Source: Clostridia bacterium
GTDB taxonomy: Bacteria; Bacillota; Clostridia; UMGS1883
Assembly: GCA_045591265.1 (NCBI GenBank)
Contig: JAZNSQ010000003.1
Coordinates: forward strand, 20,150-84,149
Direction: 5' to 3'
Length of the DNA: 64,000 bases
The position numbers were made by a program, and so were the translations under genes. Below the pieces are notes generated by a model. The model had not been told where the DNA came from. It saw only the letters and a program-made list of their open reading frames with translations, and ran no database searches. Shown here one piece after another: positions 10,269 through 21,070 of the stretch (within the stretch, counting starts at the first letter, position 1; each line of letters starts with the position of its first letter).

Positions 10269-10766
10269 TTAATCTATAATCCCGTAAAGATAGTCTGACT
10301 CCTTTGAAAGACTTTCAAAACCCATCTGGCGAAGCGCCTCATAAACTACAATTGCAACTGAATTGGAAAGATTAAGGCACCTTGCCTCACTAATCATTGG
10401 AATTCGTACACACCTTTCGGGGTTTCTTATAAGAAGGCTTTCAGGAAGGCCCCTTGTTTCTTTTCCAAAAAGCAAATAATCGTTATCCGTAAATGAGACT
10501 TCACTATAAGATGCGGGAGCTTTTGAGCTTAAGTAAAAATATCTTCCGCCTTGTGTTTTTGAAAAAAAATCCTCAAGATTTTCATAGTATTTTATATTCA
10601 TAAAATGCCAGTAATCAAGTCCTGCCCTTTTTAACTTTTTGTCATCTATCTGAAAACCCATCGGTTTTATTATGTGAAGATGCGTCCCGGTTGCAGCGCA
10701 CGTTCTTACGATATTTCCCGTGTTTTGCGGAATTTCCGGTTCAAATAGTACAACGTTTAAACTCAT
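10269..10766 (-). CDS. trmL: tRNA (cytidine34/cmnm5U34-2'-O)-methyltransferase TrmL (SpoU class).
   Basis: NTGNIVRTCAATGTHLHII and GLDYWH motifs, 165 aa. Confidence 0.85.
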   Translation of the reverse strand: MSLNVVLFEPEIPQNTGNIVRTCAATGTHLHIIKPMGFQIDDKKLKRAGLDYWHFMNIKYYENLEDFFSKTQGGRYFYLSSKAPASYSEVSFTDNDYLLFGKETRGLPESLLIRNPERCVRIPMISEARCLNLSNSVAIVVYEALRQMGFESLSKESDYLYGIID

Positions 10767-11689
10767 TTATTATTCTCCCTGCATTTTTTAGCCATCTCGT
10801 CTTTCATGCGAAATAAAATACCTTCCTTAACACCTGCACTGCAAACGATAAGGGATTTACTTCCTGTCATATCCATTAAAACCTTAAGCGGAGTAAGCCC
10901 TGAAAGTATAATATCTGCACGCGATTTATCCATTCCCTTTATGTCTTTTCTTTTTTCTTTCTTTGTGTTAAAGATGCTCTGATATATCTTGGCAACCGAA
11001 GAGTATGGGATTTTTAAATTATTTGTATCTTTAGTTGAAAGCTCTTTTTTCTTATAAATCATTGAAAGAGTACGCACGCTGCCCCCAATTCCGTATAAAT
11101 CGAAGCTTTCGCACTTATCAAGCCAGTTAAGTGAACCAATATAGGAAGAAACATAGCGGTAAAGCTGCATCTGACTTGAGTTTTTCATTCTTTCAGTGAG
11201 CACCACTGCCCCGAGCGGAAGGCTTGCACATTCCTTAATTTCGCCATTTTCGACATATATTATTTCGGTACTTCCGCCACCTGTGTCAAATATAATTCCG
11301 TTTTTTATCCCCACGGTTTCTTTAACTGCAAGAAAGCTGTAGTATGCCTCATCGTAGCCTGAAATCACCTCAAGCTTGATGCCCGTTTCTTCTTCTACAC
11401 GCGATAAGAAAAGATGCTTATTTGCCGCATTTCTTACTGCGGCAGTGCATACTGCCGCAACGGATAGACACCTGTACTTTTTAATTATTTCCGAAAATGA
11501 CTTTAAGGCTTTTATAACGCGCGTCATCGCCTGCTCTTTAAGGTAGTTATCCTTACTCATATTTTCACTTAAACGCACAGTTTCCCTGATATTTTCAATT
11601 TCAGCAAATTCGCCTTTTTCATTTATGGCGCTTATCGTCATTCTCACCGAATTTGACCCAAGGTCGATTACTGCAAAATAACATTGCAT
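10763..11689 (-). CDS. Ppx/GppA-family phosphatase.
   Basis: N-terminal AVIDLGSNSVRM and DTGGGSTE actin-like ATPase motifs. Confidence 0.8.
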   Translation of the reverse strand: MQCYFAVIDLGSNSVRMTISAINEKGEFAEIENIRETVRLSENMSKDNYLKEQAMTRVIKALKSFSEIIKKYRCLSVAAVCTAAVRNAANKHLFLSRVEEETGIKLEVISGYDEAYYSFLAVKETVGIKNGIIFDTGGGSTEIIYVENGEIKECASLPLGAVVLTERMKNSSQMQLYRYVSSYIGSLNWLDKCESFDLYGIGGSVRTLSMIYKKKELSTKDTNNLKIPYSSVAKIYQSIFNTKKEKRKDIKGMDKSRADIILSGLTPLKVLMDMTGSKSLIVCSAGVKEGILFRMKDEMAKKCRENNK

Positions 11690-11703
11690 AAGGATACCTC
11701 CTT

Positions 11704-12207
11704 TTAAAATTCATCAAAAAGTCTGCTTTGTGCATACATAAATTCTCTGCACTCCCTAACCTTCATACAAAGGGAAAGTGCTTTACTAACCCTTTTTACA
11801 AAGAGCTTGTCCAAATCCTTTATGTCCATAACAGACGCAAGCGGACAAAGCCCCTTTGCGCGTGGGTCAATTATAATGTTAAATTCATTGTCTTTTGAAA
11901 CATATGGTGCAAGCGGAAAAATTCTGCAGGAAAGGGGGCGCTTTTCTCTCTCACATTTACCTGTGCAGGTAAAAAGGAGTACCTCTTTCCCTTTTTTATA
12001 ACAAAAATCCGTATCATATATTTTTCCCCAAGAGGGCATATTAATATATTTTACCTCTTCAAAGGGGAATAAATACATTCCCGTAATTTCATCGGTAACC
12101 TCACAACAAGCACCATTACAGATTTTTCCGCAATCTATTTTAAGTGGTGTACTGTCGCCGATAATTTTATATATAGAACTATAAAATTTTTCCGCATTTA
12201 TTTTCAT
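11704..12207 (-). CDS. YkgJ/UPF0153-family cysteine-cluster (zinc/iron-chelating) protein.
   Basis: CGKICNGACC motif and a second Cys cluster, CTGKCEREKRPLSC. Confidence 0.55.
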   Translation of the reverse strand: MKINAEKFYSSIYKIIGDSTPLKIDCGKICNGACCEVTDEITGMYLFPFEEVKYINMPSWGKIYDTDFCYKKGKEVLLFTCTGKCEREKRPLSCRIFPLAPYVSKDNEFNIIIDPRAKGLCPLASVMDIKDLDKLFVKRVSKALSLCMKVRECREFMYAQSRLFDEF

Positions 12208-12217
12208 AACGATACCT

Positions 12218-13558
12218 TTAGTTTTCTTTACTCTTGTTTAAAAGATTATGTCTGCGGTTCTTAACCTCTTCAGGAATAGGTGTAATTTCTCCCGCTGCAC
12301 TAAGTGCCATTTTGGTAAACATAGGTCCAAAGAGTTCATATATCAAAACAGCAAAAAGAGTGATGTTTCTTATAAGGTTACCTTGCTCACCAAGTTGCAT
12401 TGCAGTTGTGCACATTCCAAGCGCAACCCCCGCCTGAGGAAGAAGCGTTATACCAAGGTATTTACAAATACCGGGGGAGCATTTTGTAGCTTTTGCACTG
12501 AAGAATGAACCAAAGTACTTTCCGAGAGAACGGAAAAGGATATAAATAACACCAATTAAAATAATTGCGCCATCTGTAAATACATTCATTTCAAGTGCGG
12601 CACCGCTCATTACAAAAAACACTGCAAAAAGAGGTGAAGTCCATTTGTCAGACGCCTGCATCAAATTATCAGCAAGCGGACAGATGTTACAAAATACAGT
12701 TCCAAGCATCATACATGTAAGAAGCGATGAAAATGCAATATGTACAGGTCCAATCTCTGCTTTTATGCCTGATAGAGCAACTGTTAAAAGAACGAGTGCA
12801 ATAGTAAGGTTAAGCCTGTTCGTATTTGAATTAAAGAGCTTTTCAAGATAAGTTAAGATATATCCCATAAGTGCACCTAATGCAAGTGAAAGCACAATTT
12901 CAATTAAGGGGTTAACAATAATTGAAACCATATCCACACTTCCAACGATTATGCTTTTTGCAATTCCAAAGGACACCGCAAAAATGATAAGTCCCACAGC
13001 GTCATCAAGTGCAACAATCGGAAGAAGAAGCTTTGTAAGAGGACCATTAGCCTTATACTGCTTAACAACCATCAATGTTGCTGCAGGTGCTGTTGCGGTA
13101 GCGATAGCGCCAAGTGTAAGAATCTGCGGAACAGAAATCTTTCCAGGCATTAAAAGGAAAAATCCCCAAAGTGCAAGGTCAACAAAAATTGTTGCAGTTA
13201 TTGCCTGCAGTATACCTATAACAAATGCCTGACGACCTGTTTTCTTAAGCTCCTCTTTTTTAAATTCACTGCCGATTGAAAAAGCAATAAAGCCAAGTGC
13301 AACTTCTGAAAGCATGGCAAGTGAGTTTACTTCATCAGCATTATGAAAGCCAAAGCTTGGTATATTAAGCGCACCTAAGCAGTAAGGGCCAATTAAAACT
13401 CCTGCTACAAGGTAAGAAGTTACCGCAGGAAGCTTAAACACCTTAAATGCCCTTGTCATAAGAAGGCCTACTAATAATGCAATTGATACTGATAAAATTC
13501 CGTTCACGACTGATTCTTCTTTCTTTTTATATTTTTGTATGTTCAAGGGATTATCCAA
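12218..13558 (-). CDS. Cation:proton antiporter (CPA family) membrane protein.
   Basis: Roughly 12 predicted transmembrane helices and the typical Na+/H+ exchanger sequence character. Confidence 0.75.
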   Translation of the reverse strand: MDNPLNIQKYKKKEESVVNGILSVSIALLVGLLMTRAFKVFKLPAVTSYLVAGVLIGPYCLGALNIPSFGFHNADEVNSLAMLSEVALGFIAFSIGSEFKKEELKKTGRQAFVIGILQAITATIFVDLALWGFFLLMPGKISVPQILTLGAIATATAPAATLMVVKQYKANGPLTKLLLPIVALDDAVGLIIFAVSFGIAKSIIVGSVDMVSIIVNPLIEIVLSLALGALMGYILTYLEKLFNSNTNRLNLTIALVLLTVALSGIKAEIGPVHIAFSSLLTCMMLGTVFCNICPLADNLMQASDKWTSPLFAVFFVMSGAALEMNVFTDGAIILIGVIYILFRSLGKYFGSFFSAKATKCSPGICKYLGITLLPQAGVALGMCTTAMQLGEQGNLIRNITLFAVLIYELFGPMFTKMALSAAGEITPIPEEVKNRRHNLLNKSKEN

Positions 13559-14090
13559 CAGTAATGCTATCTTTAATTTTTTGATATTTCGATGAACCTA
13601 TCCCTGTTATTTTTGTTAAGTCTTTAGTACTTTTAAAATTTCCGTGCTTTTTTCTATATTCTATTATCTCATTTGCCGTTGACTCACCTATACCTTCAAG
13701 CATGCACAACTCTTTAGCATCGGCAGTGTTTATGTTAATAAGTTTTTTGGAGCCTGAAGTTTTATTTTGGGTGCTTTTGGCAGGAATAATAACTTCCTCT
13801 CCGTCAATTAGCTTTTGCGCAAGATTGATTGACGATATGTCAGAAAGCGCCGTCTCCCCGCCTGCAATTTTAATCGCATCTTTTATACGGCTGCCGTAAG
13901 GAAGCTCATAATATCCCTCGTTTTTAACTTCACCCTTTATGTGAACGCCAACTATCCTCTTTGCTGCATTCTCTATTTCCTGCACACTTTTTGCCTTATC
14001 CGTCTGTATCTTTCCTACAACACATCCAATTACTATTAAAAGAATAACAACAAAAAAGATTATATCCTTTATTGAAAGTTTATCATTCAA
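13551..14090 (-). CDS. comEA: ComEA-family DNA-binding competence protein (SLBB plus helix-hairpin-helix).
   Basis: N-terminal transmembrane anchor and C-terminal ININTADAKELCMLEGIGESTANEIIEYR HhH motif. Confidence 0.8.
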   Translation of the reverse strand: MNDKLSIKDIIFFVVILLIVIGCVVGKIQTDKAKSVQEIENAAKRIVGVHIKGEVKNEGYYELPYGSRIKDAIKIAGGETALSDISSINLAQKLIDGEEVIIPAKSTQNKTSGSKKLININTADAKELCMLEGIGESTANEIIEYRKKHGNFKSTKDLTKITGIGSSKYQKIKDSITVG

Positions 14091-15774
14091 CGTAAAGAAC
14101 CCCTTTGGTATATTTTATAGCCTTATCAGCAATATCGTTAATCTTTTCCTTGCAATCAAGATTTGCTGTTTTTTCCGAAATGGCAATTATTTCATTATAT
14201 ACGTTTTTAGCATCCTCACTTCCCTGCTCTTTTTCTTTTAATATCTTATAGTAGACTTTGGCAAGCTTTATCTTATAATTGTCGTTAAAAGGAGCTATTT
14301 TACATACATACTTTAAGCATGAAGCACTTTCTTCGTATAACTTCGCATAATTATATATTTCTGCTTTTTCTGTGGTGTTTTGGATTGACATTTTATTTCT
14401 CTTTTCAGCTTTTTCGATAAAGCTAAATGCCTCGGTATAATCTCCCTGCGTTTTTCTTATGCACTGGGAAGCTTTAACGCAGCTTTCATCATCTGAAGGA
14501 TTTATATTTAAGGCATATTTATATAAGGGAAGTGCTTTAGCATATTCCTTTTTACTAAATAAGCCGTCAGCCCTTAAAGTTACAAAAGAATGTACTGCAA
14601 GATATATGCATAAAGCCGAAAGCACACTTAACACCGAAACGATTTTCGCAAGCTTTGCCTTTGGCATAATTTTTTGTTTTATAAGTGAGTAATACTCATT
14701 ATACGTAATCGGCACACAAAGAAGCATTATCATAGAAAATGCATTTTTTACAGGTATGACAAAAATGAAAATAACAAGCATAAGTGTCATATAGGAAAAC
14801 TGCGTTTTTCTTTTTAGAAAGAGATAAAAGCATCTTGCTATAAGAAAAACCACAAACAAAAGCCCTGCAATGCCTGATGATGAAATAACAGTTTCCATAA
14901 GGCCGATTGATTCTGACGGCGGATAGAAAGTCGTTTGATACATTTCCTGAGCCTTTAAAAAGCCACCTCCGCCAAGACCTGTAATCCTTGAAAGTCCGCT
15001 TATAAGAGCATCCTTTTTTATCGGTGAATGATACTTAAAAAGTGTAAATACACTCATAACCACACTCGAAAAAACCATAAACCAAAGATAAAGCCTGGGT
15101 GCTTTCTTTTTAATCAGCACTCCCAACAGAAGTACCATTCCCAAAATATATGGCAAAATGCTTCTTGAAAATAAAAGCACTGCTAAAACGGGAAGCTGAC
15201 TTATTAAAAGAAGATTTCTTGTCTTTTTTGAGTTTTTATACATAAGTCTTGCCGCACACCAAATTGATGCCAGCATATAAAGACCAAGCAGTTCATTCTG
15301 CCCCGAAATGTAGCATAGCGCCTCCTTATTTCCAACCGGAAGGCATACAAATATGTAATAAAATATGTTTGCGATGCTACTTACAAAGCCCGATATAACA
15401 AACAAATACATAATCCTTCTCGGACGCTTTTGGTCAGTGTTTTCTTTATAATAATCACAAAGAAGACACGTAAACACAAAAAGAAGAAACATCTGCGCTA
15501 TATATTTAATCTGCCCTATACCGCTTCTTGTAAAGGGTGTAAAAATAAGTGTAAAAAGAATAAGGAAAGCAATTCCAACAAGAAATGTTGATATATACAC
15601 AGTTGATTTTTTCATTATTCTGATAGATAAAACGATAGTAAATATAAAAAGTAATATGTAAGTTGACGCATCAATTGTCAAAAGCTGTATAAGTAAAGGC
15701 CCAAGAGTAATAAAAAGAGCTATAAGTGCTTTTAATATCTGCGTACTTTTATTTTGTCTGTCTGAAAAAAGCAT
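14083..15774 (-). CDS. Polytopic O-antigen-ligase-like membrane protein with a C-terminal TPR-like repeat region.
   Basis: More than ten transmembrane segments, then a soluble C-terminus with TPR-like repeats (AKALPLYKYALNINPSD...). Confidence 0.55.
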   Translation of the reverse strand: MLFSDRQNKSTQILKALIALFITLGPLLIQLLTIDASTYILLFIFTIVLSIRIMKKSTVYISTFLVGIAFLILFTLIFTPFTRSGIGQIKYIAQMFLLFVFTCLLCDYYKENTDQKRPRRIMYLFVISGFVSSIANIFYYIFVCLPVGNKEALCYISGQNELLGLYMLASIWCAARLMYKNSKKTRNLLLISQLPVLAVLLFSRSILPYILGMVLLLGVLIKKKAPRLYLWFMVFSSVVMSVFTLFKYHSPIKKDALISGLSRITGLGGGGFLKAQEMYQTTFYPPSESIGLMETVISSSGIAGLLFVVFLIARCFYLFLKRKTQFSYMTLMLVIFIFVIPVKNAFSMIMLLCVPITYNEYYSLIKQKIMPKAKLAKIVSVLSVLSALCIYLAVHSFVTLRADGLFSKKEYAKALPLYKYALNINPSDDESCVKASQCIRKTQGDYTEAFSFIEKAEKRNKMSIQNTTEKAEIYNYAKLYEESASCLKYVCKIAPFNDNYKIKLAKVYYKILKEKEQGSEDAKNVYNEIIAISEKTANLDCKEKINDIADKAIKYTKGVLYVE

Positions 15775-15792
15775 ATGTTCACCATTTTTCTT

Positions 15793-16596
15793 TTATTTTG
15801 CGTTCTCGTGACTTTCGTCTACGAGTAAATCTATTTTCTCTGTAAAGTCTTTAATTTCAAAATCGGTTTGTTTTTTAGCGTGCATCAGGTATTCAATATT
15901 CCCTTCCGGTCCTCTTATCGGGGAAAAATCGATACCTAACACATTAAATCCGTTATTTTGTGCAAAAGAGGTTATTTCGCTGACAACTTCTTTGTGAACG
16001 GCGCTATCTCGTACTACTCCTTTTTTGCCAACCTTTTCGCGCCCTGCTTCAAATTGAGGCTTGATAAGAGCGACTACCTCTCCTCTGTCTTTTAAAAGCT
16101 CATGCGCAACGGGAAGAACAAGCTTTAAGGAGATAAAAGAAACATCAATAGAGGCAAAATCAAGTTTTTCACCAATATCCTCCTTTTTAACGTAGCGGAT
16201 ATTGGTTCTTTCCATATTTGTTACGCGCTCATCAGTGCGAAGCTTCCACGCAAGCTGACCGTAGCCAACGTCAACAGAATAAACTTTTTTTGCACCGTTT
16301 TGAAGCATACAGTCAGTAAAGCCACCCGTTGATGCGCCGATATCCATACAAACGCATCCACCTAATTCTATCGGGAAGGACTGCATTGCTTTTTCAAGCT
16401 TCAATCCTCCACGGCTTACGTATTTAAGCGTTTCACCGCGAACCTCAACCTTATCTTTTTCGCCGACCTGATCTCCTGCCTTGTCGGACTTTTGGTTATT
16501 TACAAATACCTTGCCCTCCATTATAAGGCTTTTGGCTAAATCTCTTCCGCTTACAAGCCCATTTTCAACAAGGTACACATCAAGTCTTTTTTTCAA
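15793..16596 (-). CDS. tlyA: TlyA-family rRNA 2'-O-methyltransferase (hemolysin A-like).
   Basis: S4 domain RLDVYLVENGL and FtsJ-like DIGASTGGFTD motif. Confidence 0.85.
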   Translation of the reverse strand: MKKRLDVYLVENGLVSGRDLAKSLIMEGKVFVNNQKSDKAGDQVGEKDKVEVRGETLKYVSRGGLKLEKAMQSFPIELGGCVCMDIGASTGGFTDCMLQNGAKKVYSVDVGYGQLAWKLRTDERVTNMERTNIRYVKKEDIGEKLDFASIDVSFISLKLVLPVAHELLKDRGEVVALIKPQFEAGREKVGKKGVVRDSAVHKEVVSEITSFAQNNGFNVLGIDFSPIRGPEGNIEYLMHAKKQTDFEIKDFTEKIDLLVDESHENAK

Positions 16597-18449
16597 GAAT
16601 TAAACATCCTTTCAATGTCTTCTGCGATTTTTTCGGGAGTAAATGCGTATTTATTCATCAATTCTTCCTCGCTTGCGTGAGGCACAAATTCATCAGGGAT
16701 TGAATGGATTTTTATGTCAAAATCCATTTTTCTTATTTTAGCTTCTGCTAAAAGCATCTCACCCATTCCACCCTTGGCTACATTTTCTTCAAGGGTGTAA
16801 AGCTTTTTAGTTTTACACGCCGAGTCAAAGATTGTATCAAAGTCAAGTGGCTTTACTGTGCGCACATCTATAACCGTTGCGCTTATGCCTTTTTCTTTAA
16901 GAATTTCTGCAGATTTTAAAGCATTTGACAAAAGTCTTCCTTCTGATGCGATTGTAACGTCTTTTCCTTCTCTTATAATTTTGGCTTTTGAAAGGAAAAA
17001 TTCACCGTTATCAATGCTTTCAATTTCTCCTCCGCGTGGATAACGAACTGCTATCGGTCCGTTATGAACATTTACTGCATAATCAAGCATCTTTTCAAGC
17101 TCACTAAATGAGCTTGGTGCAAGAATTGTCATATTGGGAACAGACGAAAGGTAGCTGATATCAAATATTCCCTGATGTGTTGCCCCGTCCCCCGGGACAA
17201 GTCCTGCACGGTCAATCGCAAACACAACGTGGTAATTTCCAAGGCATACATCATGAATAACATTATCGTATGCACGTTGTAAAAATGTTGAATAAATAGA
17301 AACTACGGGTACGCTTCCTCCTATAAAAAGGCCAGATGAAAATGTAACAGCGTGTCCCTCCGCAATACCGACATCATAAATTCGGTCAGGATATTTTTGG
17401 GAAAATTCACTAAGCCCGCTTCCTGAAATCATAGCGGGGCAAACGACTGCTATATTTTTATTATCTTTGGCAAGAGCGCAAAGCTTTTTACCAAAAACAG
17501 TCGAAAAGGTTTCCTTTTTACTTGGCGCTTCCCCACTATCTTTATCAAATGGCCCTATCCCGTGAAAACGCTGAGGATTGTTTTCCGCATGGATATAACC
17601 TTTCCCCTTTTTTGTTATGACATGAACCAAAACAGGTTCGTTGAGCCTCAGTGCACGATTAAACATTTCCTCCATATCTTTTATGTTATGCCCGTCAACA
17701 GGGCCAAGATATGTAAGCCCAAACTGTTCAAAAAATAAATTCGGGGTAAGTATTCTTTTAAGATTATTCTTTATTCTTCTTAAGCCTTTATATATCCCGT
17801 CACCCTCAGGCATACGGTTTACATACATCGTTACCTTATTTTTAAGTCGGGTATACTTTGGGTTTGTTCTTGCCTTTGCCAGGTACGTTGAAAACGCACC
17901 AACATTTTTTTCAATTGACATTTCGTTGTCATTTAAAACAATCATCATCTTAGACTTATTATGTCCAATATTATTAAGCGCCTCAATACTTAATCCGCCT
18001 GAAAGTGCGCCGTCACCGATTACGGCAACTACATCATAGCTTTCCTTTAAATGAAGACGCGATTCTGCTATTCCTTGTGCAACAGAAAGCGAAGCAGAAG
18101 CATGTCCCGTAAATGTTACGTCATACTCACTTTCATTAGGGCTGCAAAACCCGCAAAGACCGCCCTCACGCCTTAATGAATTCATCCTTTTGTATCTGCC
18201 TGTAAGCATTTTGTGAACATAGCTCTGGTGTCCTACGTCCCATATTATTTTGTCCTTGGGTGCATTTAAAACCCTGTGAAGTGCGACGGTAAGCTCAACT
18301 GCACCAAGGTTACTTGCAAGATGACCGCCCGTTTCAGAGACAGTTTCTACAAGCTCTGTGCGGATTTGGGCACAAAGAGAGTCTAACTCTTTATAGTCAA
18401 GAGTTTTTAAAAACTCGGGGCTATTTATATTTTCAAGATAATTACTCAT
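16593..18449 (-). CDS. dxs: 1-deoxy-D-xylulose-5-phosphate synthase.
   Basis: GHQSYVHKMLTGR and GDGALSGG thiamine-diphosphate motifs, 618 aa. Confidence 0.95.
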   Translation of the reverse strand: MSNYLENINSPEFLKTLDYKELDSLCAQIRTELVETVSETGGHLASNLGAVELTVALHRVLNAPKDKIIWDVGHQSYVHKMLTGRYKRMNSLRREGGLCGFCSPNESEYDVTFTGHASASLSVAQGIAESRLHLKESYDVVAVIGDGALSGGLSIEALNNIGHNKSKMMIVLNDNEMSIEKNVGAFSTYLAKARTNPKYTRLKNKVTMYVNRMPEGDGIYKGLRRIKNNLKRILTPNLFFEQFGLTYLGPVDGHNIKDMEEMFNRALRLNEPVLVHVITKKGKGYIHAENNPQRFHGIGPFDKDSGEAPSKKETFSTVFGKKLCALAKDNKNIAVVCPAMISGSGLSEFSQKYPDRIYDVGIAEGHAVTFSSGLFIGGSVPVVSIYSTFLQRAYDNVIHDVCLGNYHVVFAIDRAGLVPGDGATHQGIFDISYLSSVPNMTILAPSSFSELEKMLDYAVNVHNGPIAVRYPRGGEIESIDNGEFFLSKAKIIREGKDVTIASEGRLLSNALKSAEILKEKGISATVIDVRTVKPLDFDTIFDSACKTKKLYTLEENVAKGGMGEMLLAEAKIRKMDFDIKIHSIPDEFVPHASEEELMNKYAFTPEKIAEDIERMFNS

Positions 18450-18453
18450 AAAA

Positions 18454-20217
18454 TCATTTCCTTAATTTTTCTGCAAGCTCTTCATCGGGGTTTACGAGTG
18501 CAGTATTATATCCTTCGTATATAACCATACCGCTTTTGGCGCCAGATGGCTTTCTCACATGGCTTACAGGACAATAATCAACCTCAACATAGCTTGAATT
18601 TTTGCCTTTTGAATAAAATGCAGCAAGCTTTGCCGCAGATTCTATAACGTTGTTTGGAAAATCCTCACCCATATATTTTACTAAAACGTGTGAGCCCGGA
18701 ATATTTTTTGTATGAAGCCATAAATCGCGGCTTTTTCCAATACGAAGTGTTAAATAATCATTTTGTGTATTATTTTTTCCAACAAAAATGGTGTAACCAT
18801 CACACTCAAACTCCATTGGCTTTGACTGTGTTTGTTTTTCCTTGTGCTTTTTGGTGTTATCATTTTTTATATAGCCAAATTTTATAAGCTCTTCCCTTAT
18901 TTCGGTTAAATCTGACGGGGATTGTGAGTTCGTTACACTATATAAAACAGATTCAAGATATTTAATTTCCTCAACAGTTTTTTCAATCTGGACTGTTGCA
19001 TTTATCTGTGTATTTTTCGCCTTCTTGTACTTTTTGTAATAGCTTTGGGCATTTTGTGACGGCGTTTTTACGGTGTCAAGCGTTATAACGCACTCGGGCG
19101 CGTTTTCTTCATAGAAATTTTGGCAGACAAGCTCTCTATCACCTTTTTTTATTCTGTGCAGATTTGCAGAGATAAGGTCACCCCAGATTCTATATTCTTC
19201 GCGTTTTTCTGAAAGTGCGAGTTCTTTTTGAAGAATATCAAGCTTTTTTTGAGCGCGATTAAGGTTGTTATTTATTACTTTTATGATATTACTGCTTCTG
19301 TTTTTTATATGCGCTTGAAGGTCACGAAGATGATAAAATTCATACAAAGCTTCATTTAGGCTTTCTTTTATAACAACACTGTCTTCTCCATACTGCATAA
19401 GTAAAAACGGAGCAAAATCCACTGCGCGATTCTGTGTTTTATCTATTATAATGCAAGGGGTTATTTCACCGTTTTTAGCTTTTTTGAACATTTTTTCAAG
19501 CTCTTCGGCGCAAAGATGCATCTTTTCATCATCAAGCTCACCTGCAAGGACTTTTCTCTCCCCTACGGCGCGATAAACACATTCACCTGCAAGAAGAGGA
19601 CTTATTCCCATAACTCCTGAAACTATTTCCTTTTCAGGTTCACGCCCTTCATGGGCATTCTTTATAAGATTATAGTAATCATCTTTTGTTGAAAAATCAG
19701 GATTAAGCCTTTCTTTATTGTCAGGAGGAAGCATATACTTAAGTCCCGGCAAAATATTTCTAACAGTGCTTACCGTAAGGTCAACATGCTTTATGGAATC
19801 AATTATTTTTTCGTTTTCATCAAGGAGTATTATATTACTGTTTCTTCCCATTATTTCACATATTAAATGACGGGTGGTGATATCGCCCAATTCATTACGG
19901 GTAAGAAAATTAATGTCAACTGCCCTCTCAAAGCCCATACGGGTAATGGAGTTAATCTTTGCACCCGTCAGGTGCTTTCGAAGAAGCATACAAAACATAG
20001 GTGGTGCGATGGGATTTTCTTTTAAGTCCTTTGTAATATGAATTCTCGGATGCTCACTGCTTGCACTTATCACAAGCCTTTGTGCGCCACCACTAGTTTT
20101 AAGGAGCAAGACGATTTCGTCTTTTTCAGGCTGATGCACCTTTTCTATTCTTGCACCACAAAGAAGCGTATTAAGTTCGTCTGAAACTGCACCAAGCGTC
20201 ACTGCATCAAGAGGCAT
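18454..20217 (-). CDS. rqcH: RqcH/FbpA NFACT-family ribosome quality-control protein.
   Basis: NFACT-N start MPLDAVTLGAVSDELNTLL, a coiled-coil middle and a NFACT-R C-terminus. Confidence 0.85.
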   Translation of the reverse strand: MPLDAVTLGAVSDELNTLLCGARIEKVHQPEKDEIVLLLKTSGGAQRLVISASSEHPRIHITKDLKENPIAPPMFCMLLRKHLTGAKINSITRMGFERAVDINFLTRNELGDITTRHLICEIMGRNSNIILLDENEKIIDSIKHVDLTVSTVRNILPGLKYMLPPDNKERLNPDFSTKDDYYNLIKNAHEGREPEKEIVSGVMGISPLLAGECVYRAVGERKVLAGELDDEKMHLCAEELEKMFKKAKNGEITPCIIIDKTQNRAVDFAPFLLMQYGEDSVVIKESLNEALYEFYHLRDLQAHIKNRSSNIIKVINNNLNRAQKKLDILQKELALSEKREEYRIWGDLISANLHRIKKGDRELVCQNFYEENAPECVITLDTVKTPSQNAQSYYKKYKKAKNTQINATVQIEKTVEEIKYLESVLYSVTNSQSPSDLTEIREELIKFGYIKNDNTKKHKEKQTQSKPMEFECDGYTIFVGKNNTQNDYLTLRIGKSRDLWLHTKNIPGSHVLVKYMGEDFPNNVIESAAKLAAFYSKGKNSSYVEVDYCPVSHVRKPSGAKSGMVIYEGYNTALVNPDEELAEKLRK

Positions 20218-20265
20218 AGCCTTTCTCCTTTAATGTTATTTCTCTTTCTTTATATCTATTTTACT

Positions 20266-21060
20266 TTACTCCGCACCAAATATATCATTATATATTTTAA
20301 TAATACCTTTAAGAAATGTTTTCCATTCGGTAGGGTCTACAAAAGGATTAAATTCATCTGTCATTCTTTCGCTTTTTCCTATAGTATCATTATTCCAAAC
20401 GTGGTTACCGAGCAAAATATCGACCTTTTCATCTATGATGGACTCAATTGCGGGAATAAATTTTTCACGTGTCTCGGTTGAGAGATTATACCTTTCGAGA
20501 AATTCTGTCATCATTGAATTCATACCTACTCCGCCGTGCATTGCTGCCCTGTAGGTGTTTTTCCCATCTGTAACATCAAAGAAGAATGCTTTTGTGCCGG
20601 GTGTATGGCCTGGTGCATCCTTACAGAGAATTTTTGTATTTCCAAGCTCTATTATATCCCCATCGGAAATTAACACATCAGGTTCAAAGGCTTCATAATA
20701 CTCTTCCCCAAGTTCCTTTGCCCATGTTAAGTCTTCCTCACCGTTTGCATAGGTTCTGTCTTCTTTTCCAATAAATGTTTTTGCGCCTGTAAGCAGCTGT
20801 AGTGCCTTTACCGCGCCGAGGTGATCATAATGCCCGTGAGTTACGATAATGTACTTAATGTCTTTAATTTTAAAACCAAGTTCACAGATGTTATTTATTA
20901 CTAAATAAAGGCTTTGCTGGTATCCCGGGTCAATTATTATAAGTCCGTCACCTGTATCAATTAAATGGGTTGATGCCGGCTCGGTGCCTACATAATAAAG
21001 GTTACCGAAAATCTTAAACGGTTTTACATAACCCTCCCACGGGTGTTTTAAATTCGCCAT
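20266..21060 (-). CDS. Metallo-beta-lactamase-fold hydrolase.
   Basis: THGHYDHLGA metal-binding motif. Confidence 0.8.
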   Translation of the reverse strand: MANLKHPWEGYVKPFKIFGNLYYVGTEPASTHLIDTGDGLIIIDPGYQQSLYLVINNICELGFKIKDIKYIIVTHGHYDHLGAVKALQLLTGAKTFIGKEDRTYANGEEDLTWAKELGEEYYEAFEPDVLISDGDIIELGNTKILCKDAPGHTPGTKAFFFDVTDGKNTYRAAMHGGVGMNSMMTEFLERYNLSTETREKFIPAIESIIDEKVDILLGNHVWNNDTIGKSERMTDEFNPFVDPTEWKTFLKGIIKIYNDIFGAE

Positions 21061-21070
21061 ATCAATTACC